Origin: an uncultured Gammaproteobacteria bacterium
Lineage (GTDB): Bacteria > Pseudomonadota > Gammaproteobacteria > Steroidobacterales > Rariloculaceae
NCBI GenBank assembly: GCA_963744305.1
Contig: CAVUTF010000016.1
Coordinates: 4,459 to 68,458 of the forward strand
Direction: 5' to 3'
Length of the DNA: 64,000 nucleotides
Position 1 is the stretch's first letter. Every line of letters starts with the position of its first letter. The notes under the pieces are model-generated. The model was not told the origin of the DNA. It ran no database searches and saw only the letters and a program-made list of their open reading frames with translations. Positions 37,984 to 46,980 of the stretch are shown one piece after another. A program made the translations under genes and the position numbers.

Positions 37984-38394
37984 ATTGTATTTATTGTATT
38001 TGCGCGTATGCGATTGAGAACACGCTCGCCTTGCGGCTTGTCGTGGCCCACCGCACGCAGCAAAACGCTTGCGGACTATTGTCGAGTAGCACCGAAACGG
38101 GATCAAGCGATGCGGGTGCGAACGTGAGCGCAAACCGATTAAGTCACATGGTATAGGGTTGCCACTTCGAGCCGAGCCGTTTGCTCAGAGCGTGATGGCC
38201 GTGGCTGCCGCGATCATAATACTTCCGCGCCTGCGCCCGACGTGGTCTTGTGGCAGAAGCGCCACGCCGATTCCTTGGAAACCATCGCGCCGTAAGGCCA
38301 CAATTTGAGCCTGCGCTGCTCGCGATGGTACGCTGGAACGACAGTTGATCCGTTTTTTTCGTGGCTAGGTGCCGACGCAACACACGACCGCGCA

Positions 38395-39617
38395 ATGCGA
38401 ATAAGAAGAAGAACCGTCGTCCTCGGGATCGTGATGTTCTATCTCATGCTTGAAGCGGAGTCTTTCGCAGTCTTGCAGGGCCTGAATCTCTTCAGACCGA
38501 ATCTCTTTGTTCACGGCTTTGTCGATCGCCACTTCGATTCCATCACGGACGATTACCGAAAGGCGTTTGTCGAAGAAGGACAGTACGACGCCGCGCTCGG
38601 TTGGGACAACGTGCCCTCGATAACGTGGCAAGACAAGAACAGGGTAGGCGAGCTCTAGGCGAGCCAATCACGTACTCTTACGACGCCGACGGCTCTCGAG
38701 CGGACAACCTGCCGCCGAAACAGCTTCTCATCAGTACGTACGGGGACTCGTACACGAACTCTGACGAGGTCGAGAACCACGAAACCTGGCAATACTTTCT
38801 GGAATCGCGCATTGGCTACGAGGTGAAGAATTTCGGCGTCAGCGGCTATGGCACCGATCAAGCGGTGCTCAAGCTCGAAAAACACCTAGCTCACGGATTC
38901 TCAGCTCCGATCGTCATCCTCGGAATCTTGGACGAGAACATCAACCGCGTCGTCACCTCGTTCTACCCTCTTTACGCTGAAACGACCGGTGCCACACTCG
39001 CGTTCAAGCCGTCTTTCCGAGTCGCCGCGGACGGTCACGTGCAGATGAGCCCGAACCCGTACGGCCGGCCGGAATTGACGCTCCAGAACTTGCGGGAGCT
39101 GGCTCATCGAATTGCGGAACAAGACTTCTGGGTGCAGACAACGGGGAAAATCGACATTCGTTTTCCGTACACCTACCAGGTTGTTCGTGTGACATCCGTG
39201 GTCGCGGGCCGAAAAATCCGAGATTGGTCGGATTCCCCGAGCTACGTCGACTCCGTCAACCTATGGGAGACGGCGGAGGGTAGCGCCGTCATGCACCATC
39301 TGATCGATCGGTTCGTGGAGCTGACATCGCAGTCGCATGCGATCCCGCTAGTCTTGTTCATTCCGAGAGGCGAGCGCTTGCGTACCAACGAGCGGCGATA
39401 TGCGCGCTTTGCCGACGAGATTCGAGCACGCCACACCGGGCTTTACGTAGTTGATTTAATGGACCACGACTTCGACAAAGAGCGGTTCCAGATTCGGCCA
39501 TACGATGGGCATGCCTCCGCGTACGGCAACGAGGTCATCGCCCGTCTGATCGAGCAGACCTATGAGGACATCAAGAAAGAGCACGAGATCGCTCCGGCCT
39601 CGACGCTCACGCAATGA
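38395..39617 (+). CDS. SGNH/GDSL-like hydrolase with N-terminal TM anchor; apparent frameshift near 38650
   Basis: ATG 38395 gives MRIRRRTVVLGIVMFYLML (track ORF 38305..38658), which joins track ORF 38601..39617. Blocks STYGDSYT, GVSGYGTDQ, YDGHASAYGN. Confidence 0.7.
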
Positions 39618-39643
39618 TGACGCTCGGAAGTTACCTCAGCGAC

Positions 39644-40060
39644 CTACTTCTTGATGTCGAAGAATCCGTCATCAACGGGCTCTGCCGTTCCGCCGTCCCA
39701 ATCCTTGATGGATCCATCGGCGGCTTGCACGAAGCCGAGAAGACAGCCTTCCGATCCGTCCCTGAGTTGGTGGCAACGCGCCTTGATCTTGTCGCCGGGC
39801 TTGATGTAGCCCGGCACGACGCCGATCTTTAGAAGCCCCGCGCGGCCGGTGGCCTCCAACGCCCAGGTGGTCGCTTCACCGTTTGCGCTCTTCACTTCCA
39901 GGTACACCCAGGAGTGCGGATTTATCAGTTGCACTTCGGTGACCGTCCCCTGCACGTCGATGAAATCCTGTTTGTAGTTGCCGTGTGAATGATGTGCCGA
40001 GACGGGCAGCACGAGCGCCACCGCACAGATGACACCAAGACCGCAGGCCTTAAGCGACAT
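39644..40060 (-). CDS. small exported HHS-NPH domain protein (DUF6152-like), unpaired copy
   Basis: ATG 40060 (AGGAG SD) gives MSLKACGLGVICAVALVLPVSA then HHSHGNYKQDFIDVQGTVTEVQLINPHSW. Confidence 0.85.
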   Translation of the reverse strand: MSLKACGLGVICAVALVLPVSAHHSHGNYKQDFIDVQGTVTEVQLINPHSWVYLEVKSANGEATTWALEATGRAGLLKIGVVPGYIKPGDKIKARCHQLRDGSEGCLLGFVQAADGSIKDWDGGTAEPVDDGFFDIKK

Positions 40061-40112
40061 GCTGATGCTCCTGATTTCTGATCGACGCGATGCAAGCGGT
40101 ACGGGCTCTTCG

Positions 40113-40841
40113 TCACCGCGGCGCATCGATCCGCCCCTGACCCGATTGACTGTCCAGGCCCGTTCGGTCGACGCGGCCAGGGGGCGGGTGCCCGTTGAGG
40201 TGGATGTCCTGATTGCTGTAGACATCAAGATAGCGAAGCCCGATTCCGTTCTCGTCGAGCCACCCGAGGGACTGCTGGAACTGTTCCTGCCCGCGCATCC
40301 CCCGCGGCGCGGTGGCCTCCAAGATGTAGAGCTTGTTCTCGTGCATGTGCACCGACGCGAAGGTACGGGATTGGTCGGCGTTGCTAGTCATTTGTAGCCG
40401 ATGTCCCTCGACGAGGTCCGTGAAGCTCCACATGTAATGAGTCACCTTGACGTCCCGTTGCATGAACTGCCACGTCGCGTAAACGATGGCCCCGCGGAGA
40501 TCCGTCTTCCATTGTCCGGATCCGCTGGTGGCTAAGGTGCCGCTGCAAGTCTCGGCGCCTGGCGGACAGGCTTTGGCTTTCTCGGTCAGAATCCGCTCCA
40601 ACTGGCCATAGTCGACGACCGTCATCGAATAGCGGCTCTGGCCGTTCTCGGCACGGTAGACGCGCGCAGGCAGCTCGGCGCCGTACTCTGACGTGTAGGT
40701 CGTCTCCTCGATCTTCGGTTGGCCGGGGAAATTGAGAGTGAAGCGATCCTGCGTGCTGGCGAACTCGGTCCACTCCTGGCCGGCGGCTGACCCGGCCAGC
40801 GACAGGACCACGGCTCCCGCAAGCAGTGACGTCAGGCGCAT
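40113..40841 (-). CDS. exported protein of unknown function (242 aa)
   Basis: ATG 40841 (GGAGG SD) with signal peptide MRLTSLLAGAVVLSLAGSAAGQ. No recognised domain. Same strand as, and 52 nt upstream of, the unpaired HHS-NPH gene. Confidence 0.65.
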   Translation of the reverse strand: MRLTSLLAGAVVLSLAGSAAGQEWTEFASTQDRFTLNFPGQPKIEETTYTSEYGAELPARVYRAENGQSRYSMTVVDYGQLERILTEKAKACPPGAETCSGTLATSGSGQWKTDLRGAIVYATWQFMQRDVKVTHYMWSFTDLVEGHRLQMTSNADQSRTFASVHMHENKLYILEATAPRGMRGQEQFQQSLGWLDENGIGLRYLDVYSNQDIHLNGHPPPGRVDRTGLDSQSGQGRIDAPR

Positions 40842-40976
40842 TCGTTGTCCTCCCCAAAGCTCGCTCACGTGGCCTGATCATAGGCCGCTCGGATCCTACG
40901 CGCACGCCGCGTCGCCTTGACGGCCCTTAAGACCCCGATGTACACAAAACATCGCGACTCTCCTCGGAGAAAATCG

Positions 40977-41916
40977 ATGCGGCATGCGGGCCGTTTGCTG
41001 ACCGGCGCGATCTTGTGCTGCGTCGCTTCGTGGCTTCCCGCGTCCGGCGCCAGCGCGGCGGGGACAGCTGGGTATGCGGATCTGCCTGGTGTGCGGCTTT
41101 GGTACACCGATACAGGCGGTGACGGACAGGCCCTGATCCTGCTCCATGCGAACACGGGCACCAGCGCGAACTGGGAGCCGCAGAACGAAGCCTTCGCGGC
41201 GGCCGGTTATCGCGTGATCGCGTTCGATCGGCGAGGCTGGGGAAAGAGCATCGCCAATCCGGCAACCGGACCGCAGCCGGGCACCGTTGCTGAGGATCTG
41301 CACAACCTTGTGAACAGCCTCGACATCGAGCGCTTCCACCTGGTCGGCGTGGCGGGCGGCACTTTCATCGCGCTCGACTACGTTGCCTGGCACCCGGAGC
41401 GCGTGCTCACGTTGGTGGCTGCCGCCAGCACCGGAGCGCTGACCGATGCGCCGGAGGTCGCCTTCCGTGAGCGAATCGCCATTCCAGGTATCAGAGAGCT
41501 CCCGGCGATGTACCGGGAGCTCGGTTCCTCGTATATCGGCTCCAATCCCGAGGGCACGCAGAGATGGTCTGAGATCGAAGAGCACGCGCGGCAAGAAGGT
41601 GCGCCGAGCCAGCCGCTGCGCACTCCGAACACCTACGCGAAAATCGCCCAAATCGAGACGCGGATCTCTGGTCCTCGCGGCTGATGCCGATTTGCTTGCC
41701 CCGCCGGGTTTGATGAGGCAGTGGTCGGCCCACTTGCGCAACGGCGAGTGGGCGTCGGTGCCCGACTCGGGCCATTCGATCGCATGGGAGCAACCTGAGA
41801 TCTTCAACCGCACCGTCCTGCAATTCCTGCAAGGGTGTCGTGGCCCGAGCACGCGGGCTTTGGGTTTCGACATTCAATCCGAAGGGTCTGCGCTTTCGCT
41901 CTGCAGCGTTCAGTAG
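40977..41916 (+). CDS. alpha/beta hydrolase, exported; apparent frameshift near 41665
   Basis: ATG 40977 with a signal peptide. Blocks LILLHANTGTS, HLVGVAGG (nucleophile elbow). The C-terminus LVLAADADLLAPPG..VPDSGHSIAWEQPE lies in track ORF 41446..41916. Confidence 0.75.
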
Positions 41917-42116
41917 CGCGGCCTCTAGCTGCCCCGCGGACCGACAGCGGGAAGCGGCACCGACAGGCCCCAGTGGTTGGACTTAGGACCAATTCCACTT
42001 ACGGAAGCATCGCAACAGACTGATCCAAACGGGCTCGCCGCCCGGCAAATCGAAGACGCCGGCGATAGAGCGGTTGTACGCACTCTTGCATGCAGCACGA
42101 CCAAGGAGGACGGTCA

Positions 42117-43505
42117 ATGGTCACGGCATCTGCAAGGCAGCCGGTTTCGAAACCCCAAGCCGCATCGACGGTTACCGCCAGGGACTTGGCGGAACGGGCC
42201 ATGGAGCGCCGCGCCGTCGAGGCGGCGATCTGGGGCGTGCCGCTAGTCAAGTTCGACTCCATGCGCCAAGCGTATTTCCGCGACGCCAAGGCGAAATACA
42301 ACGACGTGATCTACTGGTCGAAGCCGTCCGACTGGAAGAACCAGACCACCACGCCGAACCACTCGACAAACTACGTCTTGACCTTCATGAACCTGAAGGA
42401 CGGGCCGGTGGTCGTGGACATCCCGGCTGCGCAGGAGGAGGCCCTCTATGGCACGCTGATCAATTCGTGGACAGAACCGCTGCTCAACGTCGGCAACACC
42501 GGCGAGGACCAAGGTAAAGGCGCGAAGTATCTGATGCTGCCGCCGGGGTACCACGGCAAGGTGCCCGAAGAGTACGTGTCGGTCCGGTGCTCCACATACA
42601 ACTGCTACACCCTTCTTCGGGTCATCACTAAAACTCACAGCCCGGAGAGTCTGGCCAACGGTATCGCCTACCTCAAACGGCTCAAGGTCTATCCGCTGGC
42701 AAGCGGCGAGGAAGCCAATAGGTTCATCGACATCGCCGACAAGGTATTCAACGGCGTTCCCGTCTTCGACATGAGTTTCTATGAGTCACTCGCCCGGATG
42801 GTTGCCGAGGAGCCCGTTTTAGAGCGTGACATGGCAATCATGGGGCAACTGCATTCGCTGGGCATCGGCAAGGAACATACATTCAAGCCCGATGCGGCGA
42901 CGACGCCGATCCTGAAAAGGGCTCTCGCCGAGGCTCACGCATACATGATGGAAGGCTTTGCCACAACCGGCGACGTGGCTTGGGAAGGCAAGCGGAAGTG
43001 GCGCCGACCGGCCAACATTGCGCCGTCGCACTCGACCAAGCTGACATTCGTCGTGCCGGGCAAGGGTATCTCGGTCGATGAGCGGTCTTACGCCTGGTTC
43101 GCGATGTATGGGCCGGTCGTTCCGCCGCCGCCGCAACTCTATCTCAAGACCCACGAGACGAATAAGGGTGAGCGGTTGAACGGAAGCTACACGTACCGCT
43201 TGCGCGTTCCGGCGAACGTGCCGGCCCGCCAGTTCTGGGCAGCGGATGTGTACGACGCAGAAACCGCTGCGTTCATCCGCGAGGTTCCCGTCGTGGGGAT
43301 CGACTCCTACAAACAGAAGCTGAAGAAGAACTCCGATGGCACGGTGGATATCTTCTTCGCGCCGAAGCCGCTTGCGGGGCAGGAAAACAACACGGTCACG
43401 ACGATCGAGGGAAAACCGTTCTTTCTCTTCTTCCGTTTCTACGGTCCAGAGAAGCCGCTCATCGATAAATCCTGGGTGCTCAACGACGTGGAGAAAGTGA
43501 ACTAG
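42117..43505 (+). CDS. DUF1254/DUF1214 domain protein
   Basis: ATG 42117 with AAGGAGG SD. N-half AIWGVPLVKFDSMRQ (DUF1254-like); C-half ARQFWAADVYD..DIFFAP (DUF1214-like). Family assignment is from memory. Confidence 0.7.
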   Translation: MVTASARQPVSKPQAASTVTARDLAERAMERRAVEAAIWGVPLVKFDSMRQAYFRDAKAKYNDVIYWSKPSDWKNQTTTPNHSTNYVLTFMNLKDGPVVVDIPAAQEEALYGTLINSWTEPLLNVGNTGEDQGKGAKYLMLPPGYHGKVPEEYVSVRCSTYNCYTLLRVITKTHSPESLANGIAYLKRLKVYPLASGEEANRFIDIADKVFNGVPVFDMSFYESLARMVAEEPVLERDMAIMGQLHSLGIGKEHTFKPDAATTPILKRALAEAHAYMMEGFATTGDVAWEGKRKWRRPANIAPSHSTKLTFVVPGKGISVDERSYAWFAMYGPVVPPPPQLYLKTHETNKGERLNGSYTYRLRVPANVPARQFWAADVYDAETAAFIREVPVVGIDSYKQKLKKNSDGTVDIFFAPKPLAGQENNTVTTIEGKPFFLFFRFYGPEKPLIDKSWVLNDVEKVN

Positions 43506-43602
43506 GCACTGCGCGCCGCAACGCCCGCCGTCGAATGATCGCGGCGTCTGCAAGTCGCGCTACGGTACCCGCTCTATTTCGGTCTCGTCCCGTTGACGCA
43601 AC

Positions 43603-44382
43603 TCACTGCATGCTCTGTCGCAGCTCGAAAAGGAACTGGTCGGCCGAGTCCACGCGGATCAGACCGAGACGCGGGAACTCGAGATCGACGATTACATACA
43701 CAGTGACCGACATGATGGCGGCGAAAATCAGCGTGTGGAACCAGCTCCGATTCTTGCTCGCGGATATGCCGTAGCCGACCACCGCTGCGCCAACGAGACT
43801 GAGCCCACCGAGCAACAAAAAGACGACCAGCGGCGGATGATTCTGCGTCGCCATCGCTCTCGTGGCCGTGATGTCGATCAACGCATTCAAGGCGGGGAGC
43901 AGGAGCAGGGTTGCTTGCGCGGATGCGTCCGGTCTTTTGCATGCGGCCAATGCCGTCTTCCAGATTTCGCCTTGCAACGCCGTACCCTCGGCGAGTCTGG
44001 CGTTCGTGGCGGCCACATCTCTCGCATTTCGATAGGCCGCCGCTCGGGCATCCAGATACCGGCGGAACAGGTCCCTCATCTCGGGCTGTGCGTCGGTCGG
44101 CAACAGATCGATGCGTAGGTAGGCAGTACCGATCGCGTTGGCCTCCTCGACGATCAAGTGTCGGCGGTCTTCGAACCTCGACGCCGCGCCGGAGAATGTG
44201 AACGTGATCAAAAGTCCCAACAGGACGAAAACAGCAGCCTCCGCCGCGCCGGATCCCTTCGCTGGACCTTCGGCGTCGCGTGCGAGTCTCGCGATACCGA
44301 TACGCCGTCCGATCTCGGTAGAGATCAGCATCAAAAAGAACAAAGAGACGCTCGCCAGCGCTGCAATCAGTGCAAGATTCAC
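43603..44382 (-). CDS. DUF4239-like integral membrane protein
   Basis: GTG 44382 with an N-terminal TM helix. Blocks GAASRFEDRRHLIVEEANAIGTAYLRIDLLP, and two C-terminal TM helices. Confidence 0.55.
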   Translation of the reverse strand: MNLALIAALASVSLFFLMLISTEIGRRIGIARLARDAEGPAKGSGAAEAAVFVLLGLLITFTFSGAASRFEDRRHLIVEEANAIGTAYLRIDLLPTDAQPEMRDLFRRYLDARAAAYRNARDVAATNARLAEGTALQGEIWKTALAACKRPDASAQATLLLLPALNALIDITATRAMATQNHPPLVVFLLLGGLSLVGAAVVGYGISASKNRSWFHTLIFAAIMSVTVYVIVDLEFPRLGLIRVDSADQFLFELRQSMQ

Positions 44383-44519
44383 GCTCCGTTCTCCCAGTCC
44401 GCTGCTTCGGGTTGTATGGCGGCCAGCTAACGAGCCTGCACGAAAAGTCCCGGTATTGTGGTCGGCCAAAGGTCGCATTGGCAACGCACCCGTGCTCACC
44501 ATTCCGGCGTAATAGCCCT

Positions 44520-45380
44520 TCAGCCTTCCTTGAGCTCGACGAGAATCCCGTTCGGGTCGCGGAAGCGCAGCAGGTCCTCGTCGTTCGACGTCACGATCAC
44601 GGCGCCGATCTCCTGGAGCCGCTGCGCAGCTTCACGCCGATCGAAGCCGGCCACGCGCAGAGCGAAATGATGGAAGCTCGGGCGCTCGCCAGGGGCGACT
44701 TGCTCGACCCCTAATCTCGTGTGCGTGCCGACGTCATACCAGAGCCGCGCCGGGCTTGTCGTGCGCTGCGCGGCTTTGCCGAAGATGAGGCGATAGAACT
44801 CGTCGGAGCGATCGAGGTCGGTTGCTGCCACCATGATGTGGTCGAGCCCCATGATCTGCACGATCGGGTCCTCATGCGTCACGCGCGTGGCCGGGATGAT
44901 CGTGCGCGACATGCCGCCCGGCGCGGCGCCGATCTGCAGGAACAGCCCATCCGGGTCGACCGGGAAGTAGCGGCCGGCGCCGAGCTCGATGCCGGCGTCG
45001 GTGAGCGCCTCGCGCAACTCCGTCTCGCGATAGTTCTCGATGCGGGCGCAAATGTGATCGAGGACCGGCAGAGTAACTTCGTCTTGTGTCCAATACGCAC
45101 GGTTGCCGATGGCCATATGCGCGGTGCCGAGCTTCACATACAAACGCGTGGGTGAGTCCATCTCGCGAAACAACTGCGGATCGAAGGCGCGGCCGAAGAA
45201 CTCGGCCGTCTTGACGGAATCGCGCACGGTGATGCCGAAGTGATCGAGATCGGTGGCTCGTACCGGGAGCAGCGGCTCTTGCGAATGCGCCGGCAGCGAT
45301 CCGAGTATGGGGACTGCGCAGGCTCCCAGCAACGCGCACGCCTCCCGCCTCGTGATGTTGCGATCTTTGTGTCGGTTCAC
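44520..45380 (-). CDS. two-domain VOC (glyoxalase/extradiol dioxygenase fold) protein with a Tat-like signal
   Basis: GTG 45380 (GGGAGG SD) gives NRHKDRNITRREACALLGACAVPILG. Blocks LDHFGITVRD, LDHIMVAATDLDRSDEFY, FHHFALRV. The track ORF extension to 45890 is antisense shadow. Confidence 0.75.
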   Translation of the reverse strand: MNRHKDRNITRREACALLGACAVPILGSLPAHSQEPLLPVRATDLDHFGITVRDSVKTAEFFGRAFDPQLFREMDSPTRLYVKLGTAHMAIGNRAYWTQDEVTLPVLDHICARIENYRETELREALTDAGIELGAGRYFPVDPDGLFLQIGAAPGGMSRTIIPATRVTHEDPIVQIMGLDHIMVAATDLDRSDEFYRLIFGKAAQRTTSPARLWYDVGTHTRLGVEQVAPGERPSFHHFALRVAGFDRREAAQRLQEIGAVIVTSNDEDLLRFRDPNGILVELKEG

Positions 45381-45406
45381 GTCGCCTCCCGGGTAGCCTA
45401 GGACCT

Positions 45407-46970
45407 TCACGCGAGCTTGGCGCGTGCAGCCGCGCTCTCGCCCGCGAGCATGCCCGTGACGACGGCCTGCAGAACGCCGCCGAAATATCCGCCGCGAGAT
45501 CCGCCCATCAATCCGCCGATCGCGTCGCCTGCCGCGTACAGCCCCTCGATCGGCTCCTCTTTCTCGTTCAAGACCTCTGCGTTGCCGTTGATCAGCACGC
45601 CGCCCATCGTAATCGTGATGCCCGGCACGACCTTCAGTCCGTAGAAACGGCCCGTGAGCGGCCGCGTCAACCCTGTGCGAGGAATCGGCAAGCTCGGAGC
45701 GTTTCCGGCTCGCACCGCTTGATTCACGCTCTCGATGCTGCGCTCGAGGTTCGCGCGGTCGACGCCGAGTGCGTCGGCCAACTGTGCGGGAGTCTCGCGG
45801 ATTTGCAAATCGCCGCCCTTCTCGATGAGCCACGGATTTGCGTTCGGTGGTTGCGAGTACTTCGAAGGGGTGTCCTTCGAGCGGTCCCACGCCTCTTGAT
45901 CGAACACCATCGCGTAACCGGTGGGATCGTCGGAGCGTGCTACCTCGTTCGCGACGGCCACGTCGCCGCGACCTTCGTCGACGAACCGATTGCCGCGGCG
46001 GTCCACGAGCAACCCTCCGTTCACGATGTTGTCTAGTCTCGGGTACGGCCAGAAGCGATCATCGGTCAGCGCCTTCAGTGAGTGGAGGTGTCCGTAGAAG
46101 TATTTGAGATTCACCGCTTTCGCGCCGGTCTCCGTCGCCATCCTCAACGCATCGCCTGTGCACGCCAGCGATCCCCGCAGCTTGCACCGGTGTGCCTGAG
46201 CGCCCACGTAGCGGCGCAGCATGTCGGTGTTGGCGTTGAAACCGCCGCTCGATAGCACGGTCGAGCGGCCGCGCAGCTCCGCCGTGTCGCCTCCTTTCCT
46301 TGCGGCGACACCTCGAATGCGCCCGCCGTCCGTGAGCAGCCGGGTTGCTTCGACGCCGCTCATGACGACGCCTCCCGACTCGACGAAGAGCGTCTTCAGC
46401 TTCGCGAGCGTGTTGCGGCCCGTATCCCTCTTGTAGACGGGTCCCGAAGCGACCGGGCTCTCCGGCTCGAGCTGATTGTCGCGCGCGACGCCGCACGCCT
46501 CTAGGAAGTCGAGGGCGCGCGCGCAGGTTTGCAGCCCACGCCTTCACGAGGTGCGGATACGCGATGCCTTCCGCCATCACGAAGTCGTACAGCTCCGCGG
46601 GATCTGCTCGCACGGGCCTTCCCCCGGTATTAATGAAGCCCGAGGTCATCGTCGTGTTGCCTTCGCCGATTCCGCTCGCGCTCCGGTCGATCAGCACCAC
46701 TTTCGAGCCGGTCCGCGCGGCGATGATCGCGGCGGTGGAACCGGCAAGGCCGGCGCCCACCACCAAGACGTCGCACTCGAGGTTGCCGAATCGCGCAGCA
46801 CCGACCTGCTGCGCGCGCGCTTCGTCGTTGCCGAGGAGCGGCAGCAGTCCCGCGGCGACGGTCGCGCTTCCGGCGAGGCGGGCCAGACGGTTCAAGAGCG
46901 TCCGACGACTGATGCGGCCGTGCGCGAAGTCGTCGCAGAGATCTCTGATCGTTTCGTTCTCTTTGATCAT
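45407..46970 (-). CDS. FAD-dependent oxidoreductase (fumarate reductase/KstD-type flavoprotein), Tat-exported; apparent frameshift at about 46515-46525
   Basis: ATG 46970 with Tat motif GRISRRTLLNRLARLAG. Blocks DVLVVGAGLAGSTAAIIAAR, GLYAAGDAIGG. The halves lie in track ORFs 46059..47045 and 45407..46363 and join at a GC-dinucleotide run. Confidence 0.8.
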
Positions 46971-46980
46971 TGTCTGCCCA

